Origin: Octopus sinensis
Taxonomy: Eukaryota
Direction: 5' to 3'
Assembly (NCBI RefSeq): GCF_006345805.1
Contig: NC_043008.1
Span: 10,850,001 to 10,914,000, forward strand
DNA length: 64,000 bases
Made by a program: the position numbers and the translations under genes. A model generated the notes under the pieces. The model worked only from the letters and a program-made list of their open reading frames with translations. It was not told the DNA's origin and ran no database searches. Below, in pieces: positions 1 to 11,056 of this stretch. Position 1 is the stretch's first letter, and every line of letters begins with the position of its first letter.

Positions 1-164
1 TATATACGACGGGCTTCTTTCAGTTTCCGTCTACCAAATCCACTCACAAGGCTTTGGTCGGCCCGAGGCTCTAGTAGAAGACATTTGCCCAAGGTGCCCA
101 CTGCGTGGCACCTTGGGAAAATGTGATTAGTAAACAAGCTACTTACCACACAGCCATTCCTGCG

Positions 165-166
<2 letters not shown>
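1..166 (-). mobile_element. tRNA-derived SINE family A, 5' head (truncated by window edge)
   Basis: Same sequence as the copies at 1279-1706, 18531-18996, 43993-44401 and 57341-57753 (ctaccaaatccactcacaagg...cttaccacacagcc). Confidence 0.85.
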
Positions 167-197
<31 letters not shown>

Positions 198-324
198 GTG
201 TATATGTATATGTTTAATTTGCGGCGTTGACTGGTATTCATGACTAAGATAAGTTATGTTTCTACTTTTATCTAATACTGTATTCTGTCCAACAAATGTT
301 CCTCTGAAAAACTTAGGTACTTAC

Positions 325-351
325 TTGAGGATTTTCTGTGACTATCGCCAT
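325..351 (-). CDS. Candidate first coding exon (MAIVTENPQ), product unknown
   Basis: Minus strand reads aagaATGGCG...CCTCAA|GTAAGT: ATG in a good context, strong donor, locally GC-rich. No homology recognised. Confidence 0.25.
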
Positions 352-429
352 TCTTTGCCAGGTCCCGAAGGATTCCTCCTCCACCTCTCCCGGTGACAAG
401 AGGCGAGATTTGAACACAGAATACGCCAA

Positions 430-487
430 TACCACCACCACCACCACCACCACCACAACAACGACAACAACAACAACAACAACAACA

Positions 488-555
<68 letters not shown>
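430..555. repeat. Compound trinucleotide microsatellite (ACC)n(ACA)n(ACT)n
   Basis: Direct inspection. Confidence 0.95.
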
Positions 556-557
<2 letters not shown>

Positions 558-1278
558 TCGGTGTCAATGTCATTTTATATAAATTATTCGAAAAATTATT
601 TTTAAAAACCTATTCAGACAGAAAAAAATTGTCATTTTACCGTTTCGTAACACGCAGAATCGTCATTTCGTCAATTACTATTAAAGATTTGAAATTTGAA
701 CACCAAATTATTTACACACCGACGAGTCAAAAGCTCCAAATCTTCAGTGAAGTTTGCCATCATATCGTTCCACTAAAGTACATATCAAAACGACCGACAC
801 GAAGGCTCATAAAGTGTCATTGAAAATCTCACTATCTCAAGCGTCAATATTGATTATCTACTTAAGGATACTGACAGATATTTATGGCTTAATGGCGCTA
901 AGCTAGCCGAGAAGTTCAGCCAAAATGGTACCCCCTCTAACCCTCCCTCTAACCCGCCCTCTCTCTTTCTCTCTCTATCTAACTATACGTAGGTTCCTCC
1001 TTCCTATATTTCCGTCTCTTTCCAATCTACATTTGCAAATAATCTCTGTCGCTCACATAGATACAAATATACATAAATATGAATAACCTGATGCACTTTC
1101 TGTTTGGGTAATTGTTTACTTGCACATATATATTTAATAATGTTATGTACATGCATATATACATACATACATACATACATATATGTAATATATATACACA
1201 TATAATATAGACATATATGTATATATTTACATATATACATGTATATATATATATAAATAATATATATAATATATTTAG

Positions 1279-1497
1279 TCTCTTACTTGTTTCAGTCATT
1301 TGACTGTGGCTATGCTGGAGCACCGCCTTTAGTCGAGCAAATCGACCCCAGGACTTATTCTTTGTAAGCCCAGGACTTATTCTTTGTAAGCCCAGGACTT
1401 ATTCTATCGGTTTCTTTTGCCGAACCGATAAGTTACGGGGACGTAAACACACCACCACCAGTTGGAAAGCGATATTGGGGGGACAAACACAGACACA

Positions 1498-1537
<40 letters not shown>

Positions 1538-1544
1538 TATATAT

Positions 1545-1577
<33 letters not shown>

Positions 1578-1706
1578 CGACGGGCTTCTTTCATTTTCCG
1601 TCTACCATATCCACTCAGAAAGCTTTGGTCAGCCCGAAACTATAGAAGAAGACACTTGCCCAAGGTGCCACGCAGCGGGACTGAACTCGGAATTATGTGG
1701 TTGGCA
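1279..1706 (-). mobile_element. SINE family A, near full length, with internal CA/TA tract and a 22-bp internal tandem duplication
   Basis: Tail motif cttgtttcagtcatttgactg..gctggagcaccgcc and tRNA-like head present; ccaggacttattctttgtaagc is repeated at about 1348-1400. Confidence 0.85.
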
Positions 1707-1708
1707 AT

Positions 1709-1771
<63 letters not shown>

Positions 1772-1779
1772 GTATACTT

Positions 1780-1828
<49 letters not shown>

Positions 1829-1875
1829 ATATAAATAATATATATATACATATAAATATATATATATATATATAT

Positions 1876-2300
1876 AAATTTAGCAATTAAGGACAACTAC
1901 TTAATAAGGAAAACTTAACAAGAAATTGTCAGGTAGATAGCGTGAAAGACCTCATAAAAGAAAAAATTTCGAAAATAATTATTTCTTATTGAACATATTA
2001 ATTTATATATAAAGGGCATTATACATACATGCCAGAGGGCATTATACATACATGCCACACGCTAAGAGGGACAATTAGTCATTTCTACCAAAAATTTTAC
2101 TAATCCCACCGAATGCAATTTTTCAAAGTAAGACATTTAAAAATATAGACCTGTATCACAGTGATTTCATACTTACGTATTCATCAGCAGGCCTGGACGT
2201 ATCATAAATAAACGACCCTGCCTCGCTTAAGCCGATCAGCTAACTGATCAACCTCAACGAAGCACATGGGTGAGTTTACATATATTACATCCGGTAAATG
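1876..2300 (-). mobile_element. PLE pseudo-LTR-like fragment carrying a hammerhead ribozyme; right boundary uncertain
   Basis: Begins flush at a (TA)n tract with an AAT..AAGG terminus like the other HHR elements here, and contains an intact HHR. Confidence 0.5.
2147..2194 (-). ncRNA. Type I hammerhead ribozyme, intact core
   Basis: Minus strand: AGGCCUG CUGAUGA AUAC-GUAA-GUAU GAAA UCAC-U-GUGA UA CAGGUCU. Stem I 7 bp (one G-U), stem II 4 bp with a GNRA loop, palindromic stem III, AUA cleavage triplet. Confidence 0.85.
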
Positions 2301-2322
2301 GCAGACTTTTACGAATTGCATT

Positions 2323-2495
2323 TAGTTTTTCCTTGGGGCTGGCCACATTGGAGCAATCACAAGATTAATCAGCAGAAATTGCGAGGATGATCCGGTTCTT
2401 GACTGAAGATTAAAGGCTTCGAATGACCCGTCCCTGTTTTTTGTATCATCTATCTGGATGTTTTGCGTTCTTGTCCCATTTTGTATTTATATATA

Positions 2496-2540
<45 letters not shown>

Positions 2541-2612
2541 TATATATTATATATATGCATATATATAAATACAAAATGGGACAAGAACGCAAAACATCCA
2601 GATAGACGATAT

Positions 2613-2658
<46 letters not shown>

Positions 2659-2674
2659 GGGTGGTATGTGTATA

Positions 2675-2753
<79 letters not shown>

Positions 2754-2952
2754 CAAATATGTAGAAAAATACAAAATGGGACAAGAACGTAAAACATTTA
2801 GAAGACGATACAAAAAACACGGACATTCGAAGCCTTCAATCTTCAGTCAAGAACCGGATCATCCTAGCAATTTCGGCTGATTAATCTTGAGATCGCTCCG
2901 ATCCGGCCAGCCCCAAGGAAAAACTAAGCTACGAGCATTAGATTTCTTGGAA
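2323..2952. repeat. Fold-back cluster: forward copy 2323-2490, short inverted copy 2565-2610, longer diverged inverted copy 2768-2952, separated by (TA)n
   Basis: ctatctggatgttttgcgttcttgtcccattttgtatttat and its reverse complement are visible directly. Confidence 0.85.
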
Positions 2953-3553
2953 GAAACAGTGACAGAAAAACGGACGATGCCACACGAATATAAAATACAA
3001 AAAACAATAATGGTAAAAACAGGACAAAAACAGCGGGTGTCGTACGACTAATAAACAGTACAAGTTTAGCTGGCGTATTTGGAAATAATGCCTTTATCGG
3101 CAGACGAAGACAACGATGTTCTCACGGCAGTGGTCGGAGGCCAAAAGGCTGATTTGACCAGCAGTCACGTGATGGAAAAGAGAGAAAAGAAAGGGGCAAG
3201 GGAAACAAAGAGAGAGAGAAAAGCGGGACGAAGGCAACAAAGGGGGGAGAAGAGAGAGAAAGAAGGAATTAAAGAGGGGAGAAGAAAGAGTGCGTGCCAA
3301 GGATTGGCTAGTGAATGCAAAGTGGGAAAGATAGAGAATTGTGAGAGAGTGGGGGAAGAGTAGACCAAAGAATCAGAGGCAAGAAAAGAGAAAAGGAGGA
3401 GAAGTAGAGAGAGAGGGAGAGAGAAGGGGACAGATCAAAGTAGAATGCAAAGTGTGAAAGGCAGAGAAATGTAGGAGAGAGAGAGAGACAGTGTGTAGAG
3501 TCGTACCAAATTACAGGAATATGTACTTACATAAGGCCAACGTGGGTATATAT

Positions 3554-3625
<72 letters not shown>

Positions 3626-3999
3626 TTAATATTTGAGGGATAAAATCCAAAACTTAGAAGGAAAAAAAATTCAATTTAGATGTACGAAATCAAATTTCAC
3701 GCAATATAATATATATATAAAAAATTAGAAAAACACCTTTTATCAACTTTTTTCTAATTTTATATATATATATATATATCCATCTATTTATCAGATGCAT
3801 AAAGGTAAAACGTCGTCAGGTTTTCACGTTTTTTATTATGGTATTTTAAAAAAGATATAATGTGTTTTACAATGTCGAAGTGTGATAAACATTATAAAAA
3901 TATTTTTTAATGTTCATAAAGTTCATACGCTTTCATACGTTCTTAGTAATCATCAGATTTCAAAATGTATTTAACACCTATCTATCTATCTGTCGGTCT

Positions 4000-4180
4000 G
4001 TCATTTCAATCTTTGTCTGTCTCTCTCTCTCTCCAATTTCTGTCGAAGAGCGTAGGTTCGAAACATCAATGAATTATCCATTTTTTTCCAAGCGTCAAAC
4101 TAATTCGCCTGCTTATTGTTTCCTCACCTGTCTCTGCCTTTTGCTTTCTGTTCACATGAACCACACAAACACACAAACAC
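4000..4180 (+). mobile_element. HHR mini-element, degenerate copy (HHR-like motif 4036-4070)
   Basis: ctgtcga-a-gagc-gtag-gttc-gaaac-atc, homologous to the motifs at 42056 and 43376. Confidence 0.5.
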
Positions 4181-4232
4181 ACACATATATATGTATTGTT
4201 TTATACTATCACCTGACATGCATAAACCATGC

Positions 4233-4279
4233 TGCTATTAGTTTCAGATACATGGAAACCCAAGTACGTTCTTCAGGCA
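4233..4279 (-). ncRNA. Degenerate hammerhead-like motif
   Basis: Minus strand: UGC CUGAAGA [24-nt imperfect hairpin] GAAAC UA AUA GCA. Stem III has a C-A mismatch and stem I is only 3 bp. Confidence 0.4.
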
Positions 4280-4285
4280 TCTATT

Positions 4286-4480
4286 TTCCAAGGAATCTAA
4301 TGCTCTTAGCTTAGGTTTTCCTTGGGGCTGGCCACATTGGAGCAATCACAAGATTAATCAGCAGAAATTGCGAGGATGATCCGGTTCTTGACTGAAGATT
4401 AAAGGCTTCGAATGACCCGTCCGTGTTTTTAGTATCGTCTATCTGGATGTTTTGCGTTCTTGTCCCATTTTGTATTTATA
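4286..4480. repeat. Further copy of the 2323-2490 element
   Basis: Nearly identical to 2323-2490 and ends at a (TA)n tract. Confidence 0.85.
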
Positions 4481-4482
4481 TA

Positions 4483-4564
<82 letters not shown>

Positions 4565-4729
4565 AGGGTGGTATGTGTGTGTGTTGTGTGTATATGTATG
4601 AGTGTGTGTGTGTCTCTCTCCACTTTTCTTTCTCATTCTCCCTATATATATATATATATATATATATAATAGAAATATTAAAATAACTAAGTCTCTCTAA
4701 AAGAGAACAGCGGCAGCGTTCCCGGAAAA

Positions 4730-5015
4730 TAATAGTTATTGCCATACTAATATGGCATTCTTATAAAAATAAGAATAAAGCTGTCCGCTTATTAGCTCCA
4801 TGAGGCCATCGCCTTAAGTTAGCTATTTGATACACAAACTGTATCCATATAACCTTCGAACAAGGGAGGTCAGTCGCTCCACACTACTTGTTCGAAGGTT
4901 ATATGGATACAGTTGTGTATCAAATAGCTAACTTAAGGCGATGGCCTCATGGAGCTAATAAGCGGACAGCTTTATTCTTATTTTTATAAGAATGCCATAT
5001 TAGTATGGCGATAAC

Positions 5016-5020
<5 letters not shown>
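4730..5020. repeat. Near-perfect palindrome, ~135-bp arms and 22-nt loop
   Basis: Arms 4730-4864 and 4887-5020 are reverse complements with about 2 differences; the right end abuts (TA)n. Confidence 0.95.
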
Positions 5021-5065
<45 letters not shown>

Positions 5066-5555
5066 ATATATATATATATGCATATATATATAAGATAGTG
5101 ATCTAGACATAAACGCTTGGGATTGATACATAAAATATAGATACATATACAATTGTAAAAAAATATATAACTATATAGAGAGATAACCAACTAATGAAAA
5201 TATTCAGAAGATGAACACTCATGTATAAGTATATGAATATACTTTTGAAGAGTTATACACGAGTGTTCATCTAAATCTTTTCAGTTTTGGTTTATCTGTC
5301 TCTATACCCCCCTATATATTTACACGTGTATATGTATCTCTATTTCGTTTATGAAGCCCTGGCATGTTTATCTACATCACCATCTCTATATCAGTTTACC
5401 CGAATTTCTTTTATAGCCAGTCTTTACTTCGCAGACTTAGTCCTCGATAAAGACTTCGGTGTGCAACTTCAAATCATCTGAGCACTACTACGCTTGTTTC
5501 ATATTGAGCATTGCTGGTACTCACTTGCTGACTTACTTGCCTTCTCTCTCTCCCC

Positions 5556-5599
<44 letters not shown>

Positions 5600-5607
<8 letters not shown>

Positions 5608-5672
5608 TACAATTGTTCGTTTGTTTTCCACCTGCCTTCGTCTTTTGTTTATTTTCATAAAGCTTCCCGTTA
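5600..5672 (+). mobile_element. 3' end fragment of the HHR mini-element family
   Basis: ccacctgccttcgtcttttgtttattttc..cccgttata is the reverse complement of 43277-43345. Confidence 0.6.
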
Positions 5673-5689
5673 TATATATACATATGTAT

Positions 5690-5766
<77 letters not shown>

Positions 5767-5799
5767 CATATACATATACATATATATATATACATATAC

Positions 5800-5836
<37 letters not shown>

Positions 5837-5837
5837 T

Positions 5838-5868
<31 letters not shown>

Positions 5869-5884
5869 CATATATAATATATAT

Positions 5885-5965
<81 letters not shown>
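5672..5965. repeat. Long imperfect (TA)n microsatellite
   Basis: Direct inspection; one of many such tracts. Confidence 0.95.
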
Positions 5966-6699
5966 TTTAATTGTATATCCATACACACACACACAGCTAA
6001 TAAATCTAGAATTTATTTTGAATGTTATTTATTATTACGGTATTTGTTCTTAATTATAATCATGTCACTGGACTCTCTACCTAATTTCTCTTACCTAACA
6101 CACAAACACACACACACACATACACACACAAACACACACTCACTGTATATATATATATTTATAATGTGTATATAAATACAAATATGTTTATGTATATATA
6201 TATATTTATATACATATATATATATACATACACATATTTGTATTTATATACTCATTTGTGTATAGACATAACCTATCATTTCGCTTTGTATTTTTCTGTT
6301 CTAAACTGTGAATCAATTTCCGTCTGAATATTTCTGCAACACTTTCCGTAGCACTTCATGCCACTTCAGTGCTAAAATGGACACGTCTTTAGTTTATATG
6401 CTTATCTCCCTTTTTCAATGAATATCCTCAGATTTTCTTACCGTGTCTACTTTCTCCTCCTCTACTCTCTATGCCAGTCACACTAGTTTATTGTCTATGG
6501 TTTTCTGATTATGTCTCTTAGCTGTCACTTTACAGACCGTTTAAAGATGTAAATCAACAATAGTTTATGTGGAGGGACAATAATATCTAAATCTATATCT
6601 GTCTCCTCATTTATTCCACCACTTAAAGACGTAATAAATAACCATTGTCATAGATTGTAAGAAGGCGAATTCAAAACCTCCATTATTATAGGCATAGAC

Positions 6700-6983
6700 A
6701 TGGCTGTGTGGTAAAGAATTTTGAAATCACTGGTTTCGGATTGGATCCCACAGTGTGTGGCACCTTGGGCAGGTGTCTTCTACTGTAGCTCCTAGCGGAC
6801 CAATGCAGAGTAAGTGAAACTGGTAGACGGAAACTGTGAGAGACCGTGTGTTACCGACCACATGGTTCCGGATTTAGTCCTACTGTGTGGCACCTCAGGT
6901 AAGTGTCTTCTACTATAGCCTCGGGCCAACCAAAGCCTTGTGAGTGGATTTGGTAGACGGAAACTGAAAGAAGTCCATCGTAT
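6700..6983 (+). mobile_element. Two tandem SINE family A heads (6700-6850 diverged; 6851-6983)
   Basis: ggcaccttgggc..gtgtcttctact..ggtagacggaaactg occurs twice. Confidence 0.75.
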
Positions 6984-6986
6984 ATA

Positions 6987-7045
<59 letters not shown>

Positions 7046-7747
7046 TGTGTGTGGTGCGCGCGCGTGTCTTCGCATCACTGGTAGGAAATATCAATCAATG
7101 ATTAATGAAATTTTACCCAGCCTTCAGCTTATAGGCGACACCAGTAATGTGTTAATCACTGTTCTATATCAGTAGAGGCTAAATTTCTCTATGTAAGAAG
7201 TTGCTAGTGGATCTTTACTACTGATGATGCTTAAGGAAGAAGAAATCTAAATTCAGCAATTCCACCAATGCTGTTGGACATTTTCGTCTGCTTCTGTGTT
7301 TTGTTGCACGATAGGTCTTTACGAAATACTGTCCCAAGACAAAAACTGCAGTTTTGAGACTTTCTACTGTATATCCAGTAGTAAAGTTAGATATGAAGAA
7401 TGCTATTTTGAGCTTATACTTCTTTTCTCGACGTGAATATATATATATATATATATATAATTTCAACAATTGAGGGCAAAATTAATTAATTATTAATCAA
7501 TTTCACCAAGTGTTCAGTATGCAAAGGGACCATTCAAGGCGAATTCAAATTATTACATTATATAAAAGGGCTTAGTAAAATAAATTACTTTGCCGCATAC
7601 TGAACTCATTAGAAATAGCAGCTAAAAAACTTTTTTAAGGCTATTTCTAATACTTAAAGAAAATCTCTCTCATATATAGTGTTTGCATAATTTAACTCAC
7701 AAAAGTTTGGGGGTAATGACATCGAAAAATCAAATGCTAAGGTTATT

Positions 7748-7799
7748 CGAGAACGTACGTTTCAAGATTAGTCAAAACAACATTTCTATCATCGGCTCG
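7748..7799 (-). ncRNA. Hammerhead-like motif, array unit 1 (U4C core)
   Basis: CGAG CCGAUGA [25-nt domain II] GAAAC GUAC GUU CUCG; stem I 4 bp, palindromic AACGUACGUU stem III, weak stem II. Confidence 0.55.
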
Positions 7800-8288
7800 G
7801 AAATTCCTTGGTTTGGATTTGGAAACACTGAAAATAAGAAAATACCCTTCGAAGATCTGCTCCCAACTAACAGTGCCAACAAATTCAAAATAAGCAAGCG
7901 AAGAATCTCTGTTCTCCCCTTTCCACCAGCGTGGGTTAAAATCATCAAACTCTATGCTTATTTCGGAAAGTCCGAAGCATTAATCAGAGGGAGATTCATT
8001 ATAATTTCAACAATTGAGGGCAAAATTAATTAATTATAATCAATTTCACCAAGGTTTCAGTATGCAAAGGGACCATTCAAGGCGAATTCAAATTATTACA
8101 TTATATAAAAGGGCTTAGTAAAATAAATTACTTTGCCGCATACTGAACTCATTAGAAATAGCAGCTAAAAAACTTTTTTAGGCTATTTCTAATACTTAAA
8201 GAAAATCTCTCTCATATATAGTGTTTGCATAATTAACTCACAAAAGTTTGGGGGTAATGACATCGAAAAATCAAATGCTAAGGTTATT

Positions 8289-8340
8289 CGAGAACGTACG
8301 TTTCAAGATTAGTCAAAACAACATTTCTATCATCGGCTCG
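8289..8340 (-). ncRNA. Hammerhead-like motif, array unit 2
   Basis: Same motif as 7748-7799. Confidence 0.55.
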
Positions 8341-8831
8341 GAATTCCTTGGTTTGGATTTGGAAACACTGAAAATAAGAACATACCTCTCGAAGATCTGC
8401 TCCCAACTAACAGTGCCAACAAATTCAAAATAAGCAAGCGAAGAATCTCTGTTCTCCCCTTTCCACCAGCGTGGGTTAAAATCATCAAACTCTATGCTTA
8501 TTTCGGTAAAGTCCGAAGCATTAATCAGAGGGAGATTCATTTAATTTAACAATTGAGGGCAAAATTAATTAATTATTAATCAATTTCACCAAGTGTTCAG
8601 TATGCAAAGGGACCATTCAAGGCGAATTCAAATTATTACATTATATAAAAGGGCTTAGTAAAATAAATTACTTTGCCGCATAATGAACTCATTAGAAATA
8701 GCAGCTAAAAAACTTTTTTAAGGCTATTTCTAATAATTTAAAGAAAATCTCTCTCATATATAGTGTTTGCATAATTTAACTCACAAAAGTTTGGGGGTAA
8801 TGACATCGAAAAATCAAATGCTAAGGTTATT

Positions 8832-8883
8832 CGAGAACGTACGTTTCAAGATTAGTCAAAACAACATTTCTATCATCGGCTCG
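8832..8883 (-). ncRNA. Hammerhead-like motif, array unit 3
   Basis: Same motif as 7748-7799; the unit 4 copy (9372-9425) is disrupted by indels. Confidence 0.55.
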
Positions 8884-9915
8884 GAAATTCCTTGGTTTGG
8901 ATTTGGAAACACTGAAAATAAGAACATACCCTCTCGAAGATCTGCTCCCAACTAACAGTGCCAACAAATTCAAAATAAGCAAGCGAAGAATCTCTGTTCT
9001 CCCCTTTCCACCAGCGTGGTTAAAATCATCAAACTCTATGCTTATTTCGGTAAGTCCGAAGCATTAATCAGAGGGAGATTCATTATAATTTCAACAATTG
9101 AGGGCAAAATTAATTAATTATTAATCAATTTCACCAAGTGTTTAGTATGCAAAGGGACCATTCAAGGCGAATTCAATTATTACATTATATAAAAGGGCTT
9201 AGTAAAATAAATTACTTTGCCGTACTGAACTCATTAGAAATAGCAGCTAAAAAACTTTTTTAAGGCTATTTCTAATACTTAAAGAAAATCTCTCTCATAT
9301 ATAGTGTTTGCATAATTTAACTCACAAAAGTTTGGGGGTAATGACATCGAAAAATCAATGCTAAGGTTATTCGAGAACGTACGTTTCAAGTTAGTCAAAA
9401 CAACATTTCTATCATCTCAGGCTCGGAAATTCCTTGGTTTGGATGGAAAAACCGAAAATAAGAACATACCTCTATCGAAGATCTGCTCCCAACTGTAAGT
9501 ATTAGAAAATAGCTAAAAAAGTTTTTTAGCTGCATATTTAATGAGTTCAGTATGCGGCAAAGTAGTAAATTTTATTTTTACCAAGCCCTTTGATATAATG
9601 TAATAATTTGAATTCGCCTTGATATGCGTTCCCTTTGCATTACTGAAACACTTGGTGAAATGATTCATAATTAATTAATTTTGCCCTCACTCATTGTTGA
9701 ATGAAATTATAATTGGAATCTCCCTCTGATTAATGTCGGACTTTACCGAAATAAGCATAGAGTTTGATTGATTAACCCACGCTGGTGAAAGGGGAGGGAG
9801 AACAGAGATTCTTCGCTTGCTTATTTTGAATTTGTTGGCACTGTTAGTTGGGAGCAGATCTTCGAGAGGGTATGTTCTTATTTTCAGTGTTTCCAAATCC
9901 AAACCAAGGAATTTC

Positions 9916-9967
9916 CGAGCCGATGATAGAAATGTTGTTTTGACTAATCTTGAAACGTACGTTCTCG
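9916..9967 (+). ncRNA. Hammerhead-like motif, inverted unit A
   Basis: cgag ccgatga tagaaatgttgttttgactaatctt gaaac gtac gtt ctcg. Confidence 0.55.
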
Positions 9968-10465
9968 AATAACCTTAGCATTTGATTTTTCGATGTCATT
10001 ACCCCCAAACTTTTGTGAGTAAATATGCAAAACACTATATTGAGAGAGATTTTCTTTAAGTATTAGAAATAGCCTTAAAAAAGTTTTTTAGCTGCTATTT
10101 CTAATGAGTTCAGTATGCGGCAAAGTAATTTATTTTACTAAGCCCTTTTATATAATGTAATAATTTGAATTCGCCTTGAATGGTCCCTTTGCATACTGAA
10201 CACTTGGTGAAATTGATTAATAATTAATTAATTTTGCCCTCAATTGTTGAAATTATAATGAATCTCCCTCTGATTAATGCTTCGGACTTTACCGAAATAA
10301 GCATAGAGTTTGATGATTTTAACCCACGCTGGTGGAAAGGGGAGAACAGAGATTCTTCGCTTGCTTATTTTGATTTTGAATTTGTGGCACTGTTAGTTGG
10401 AGAGCAGATCTTCGAGAGGGTATGTTCTTATTTTCAGTGTTTCCAAATCCAAACCAAGGAATTTC

Positions 10466-10515
10466 CGAGCCGATGATAGAAATGTGTTTTGACTAACTTG
10501 AAACGTACGTTCTCG
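10466..10515 (+). ncRNA. Hammerhead-like motif, inverted unit B
   Basis: Same motif with two 1-nt deletions in domain II. Confidence 0.5.
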
Positions 10516-11004
10516 AATAACCTTAGCATTTGATTTTTCGATGTCATACCCCAAAACTTTTGTGAGTTAAATTATGCAAACACATATATGAGAGAGATTT
10601 TCTTTAAGTATTAGAAATAGCCTTAAAAAAGTTTTTTAGCTGCTATTTCTAATGAGTTCAGTATGCGGCAAAGTAATTTATTTTACTAAGCCTTTTATAT
10701 AATGTAATAATTTGAATTCGCCTTGAATGGTCCCTTTGCATACTGAACACTTGGTGAATTGATTAATAATTAATTAATTTTGCCCTCAATTGTTGAAATT
10801 ATAATGAATCTCCCTCTGATTAATGCTTCGGACTTTACCGAAATAAGCATAGAGTTTGATGATTTTAACCCACGCTGGTGGAAAGGGGAGAACAGAGATT
10901 CTTCGCTTGCTTATTTTGAATTTGTTGGCACTGTTAGTTGGGGCAGATCTTCGCGAGGGTATGTTCTTATTTTCAGTGTTTCCAAATCCAAACCAAGGAA
11001 TTTC

Positions 11005-11056
11005 CGAGCCGATGATAGAAATGTTGTTTTGACTAATCTTGAAACGTACGTTCTCG
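11005..11056 (+). ncRNA. Hammerhead-like motif, inverted unit C
   Basis: Same motif as 9916-9967. Confidence 0.55.

Noticed and set aside
2395-2435. CTGAAGA motif in the 2323/4286 element as a hammerhead
   Set aside because: Followed by CGAAT rather than GAAA, with no closable stem II or stem I.
4793-4825. Hammerhead-like architecture in the palindrome arms (tagct/agcta and ggc/gcc stems)
   Set aside because: Both core strands are broken (ccatga, ttaa); may be a relic but cannot be supported.
6300-6550. Possible RTE-LINE 3' remnant (also about 15000-15400)
   Set aside because: Only vague peptide resemblance; too decayed to call without a search.
7217-7260. ctgatga...gaaa motif upstream of the array
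   Set aside because: Stem II is mismatched and there is no stem I pairing; compatible with chance.
7683-8033. 116-aa ORF repeated in the array units
   Set aside because: Not preserved between units (frameshifts), and no recognisable domain; I could not match it to a GIY-YIG C-terminus.
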